Below, one piece after another: positions 63,860 through 64,000 of a stretch of 64,000 nucleotides of DNA. The position numbers and the translations under genes were made by a program. A model generated the notes under the pieces. The model saw nothing but the letters and a program-made list of their open reading frames with translations. It ran no database searches and was not told the origin of the DNA. Source of the DNA: a virus (taxonomy: Duplodnaviria > Caudoviricetes); the IMG/VR virus record IMGVR_UViG_2773857716_000001, positions 1-64,000 of that record; one strand, written 5' to 3'. Each line of letters begins with the position of its first letter. Within the stretch, counting starts at the first letter, position 1.

Positions 63860-64000
63860 GAGGTGGGCCCCTTGTCCCGGGGCCGGTCGTGGCCCCTTCA
63901 CGTGATGTGTGGGTGTTCGGCCACTGGGTGGCGCGTCCGCGAAAGGGGCCGCCGCGGTGCGGTGAAGTGCCTGACCGTGGGTCAGGCGGCGGTCAGGTCG

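Overview
High-GC actinobacterial (Streptomyces-like) temperate phage DNA that also carries a full plasmid maintenance kit, so it is most likely a phage-plasmid. Left to right: (1-11.1 kb) small translationally coupled accessory genes, with a zinc metallopeptidase, an ATP-dependent DNA ligase, and an MmyB-family regulator paired with a type III polyketide synthase; (11.2-25.3 kb) minus-strand early genes, including an Aca2/DUF1870-like operon with a palindromic operator, NERD nuclease, LuxR HTH, MazG-like protein, SSB, WhiB-like protein and RusA; (25.8-32.1 kb) parB, parA, three perfect parS-like palindromes, two DciA/DUF721 proteins and an HTH replication initiator candidate; (32.4-46.4 kb) WhiB-like, PAPS-reductase-like, DNA cytosine methyltransferase, Rad52/Sak, RHH/HTH regulator, WYL and FtsK-gamma-like proteins, and tyrosine recombinase(s) with an 11-6-11 site, all bracketed by 27-bp exact inverted repeats; (46.6-64 kb) lysis and siphovirus tail module (SGNH/collagen proteins, holin, GH25 endolysin, papain-like protease, minor tail proteins, frameshifted tape measure, tail chaperones with a -1 slippery site, major tail protein). 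The most striking candidate system is the phage-borne MmyB receptor plus type III PKS pair, a possible small-molecule signalling module. No rRNA, tRNA or CRISPR array was seen. All family assignments come from motif recognition by eye, not database searches.
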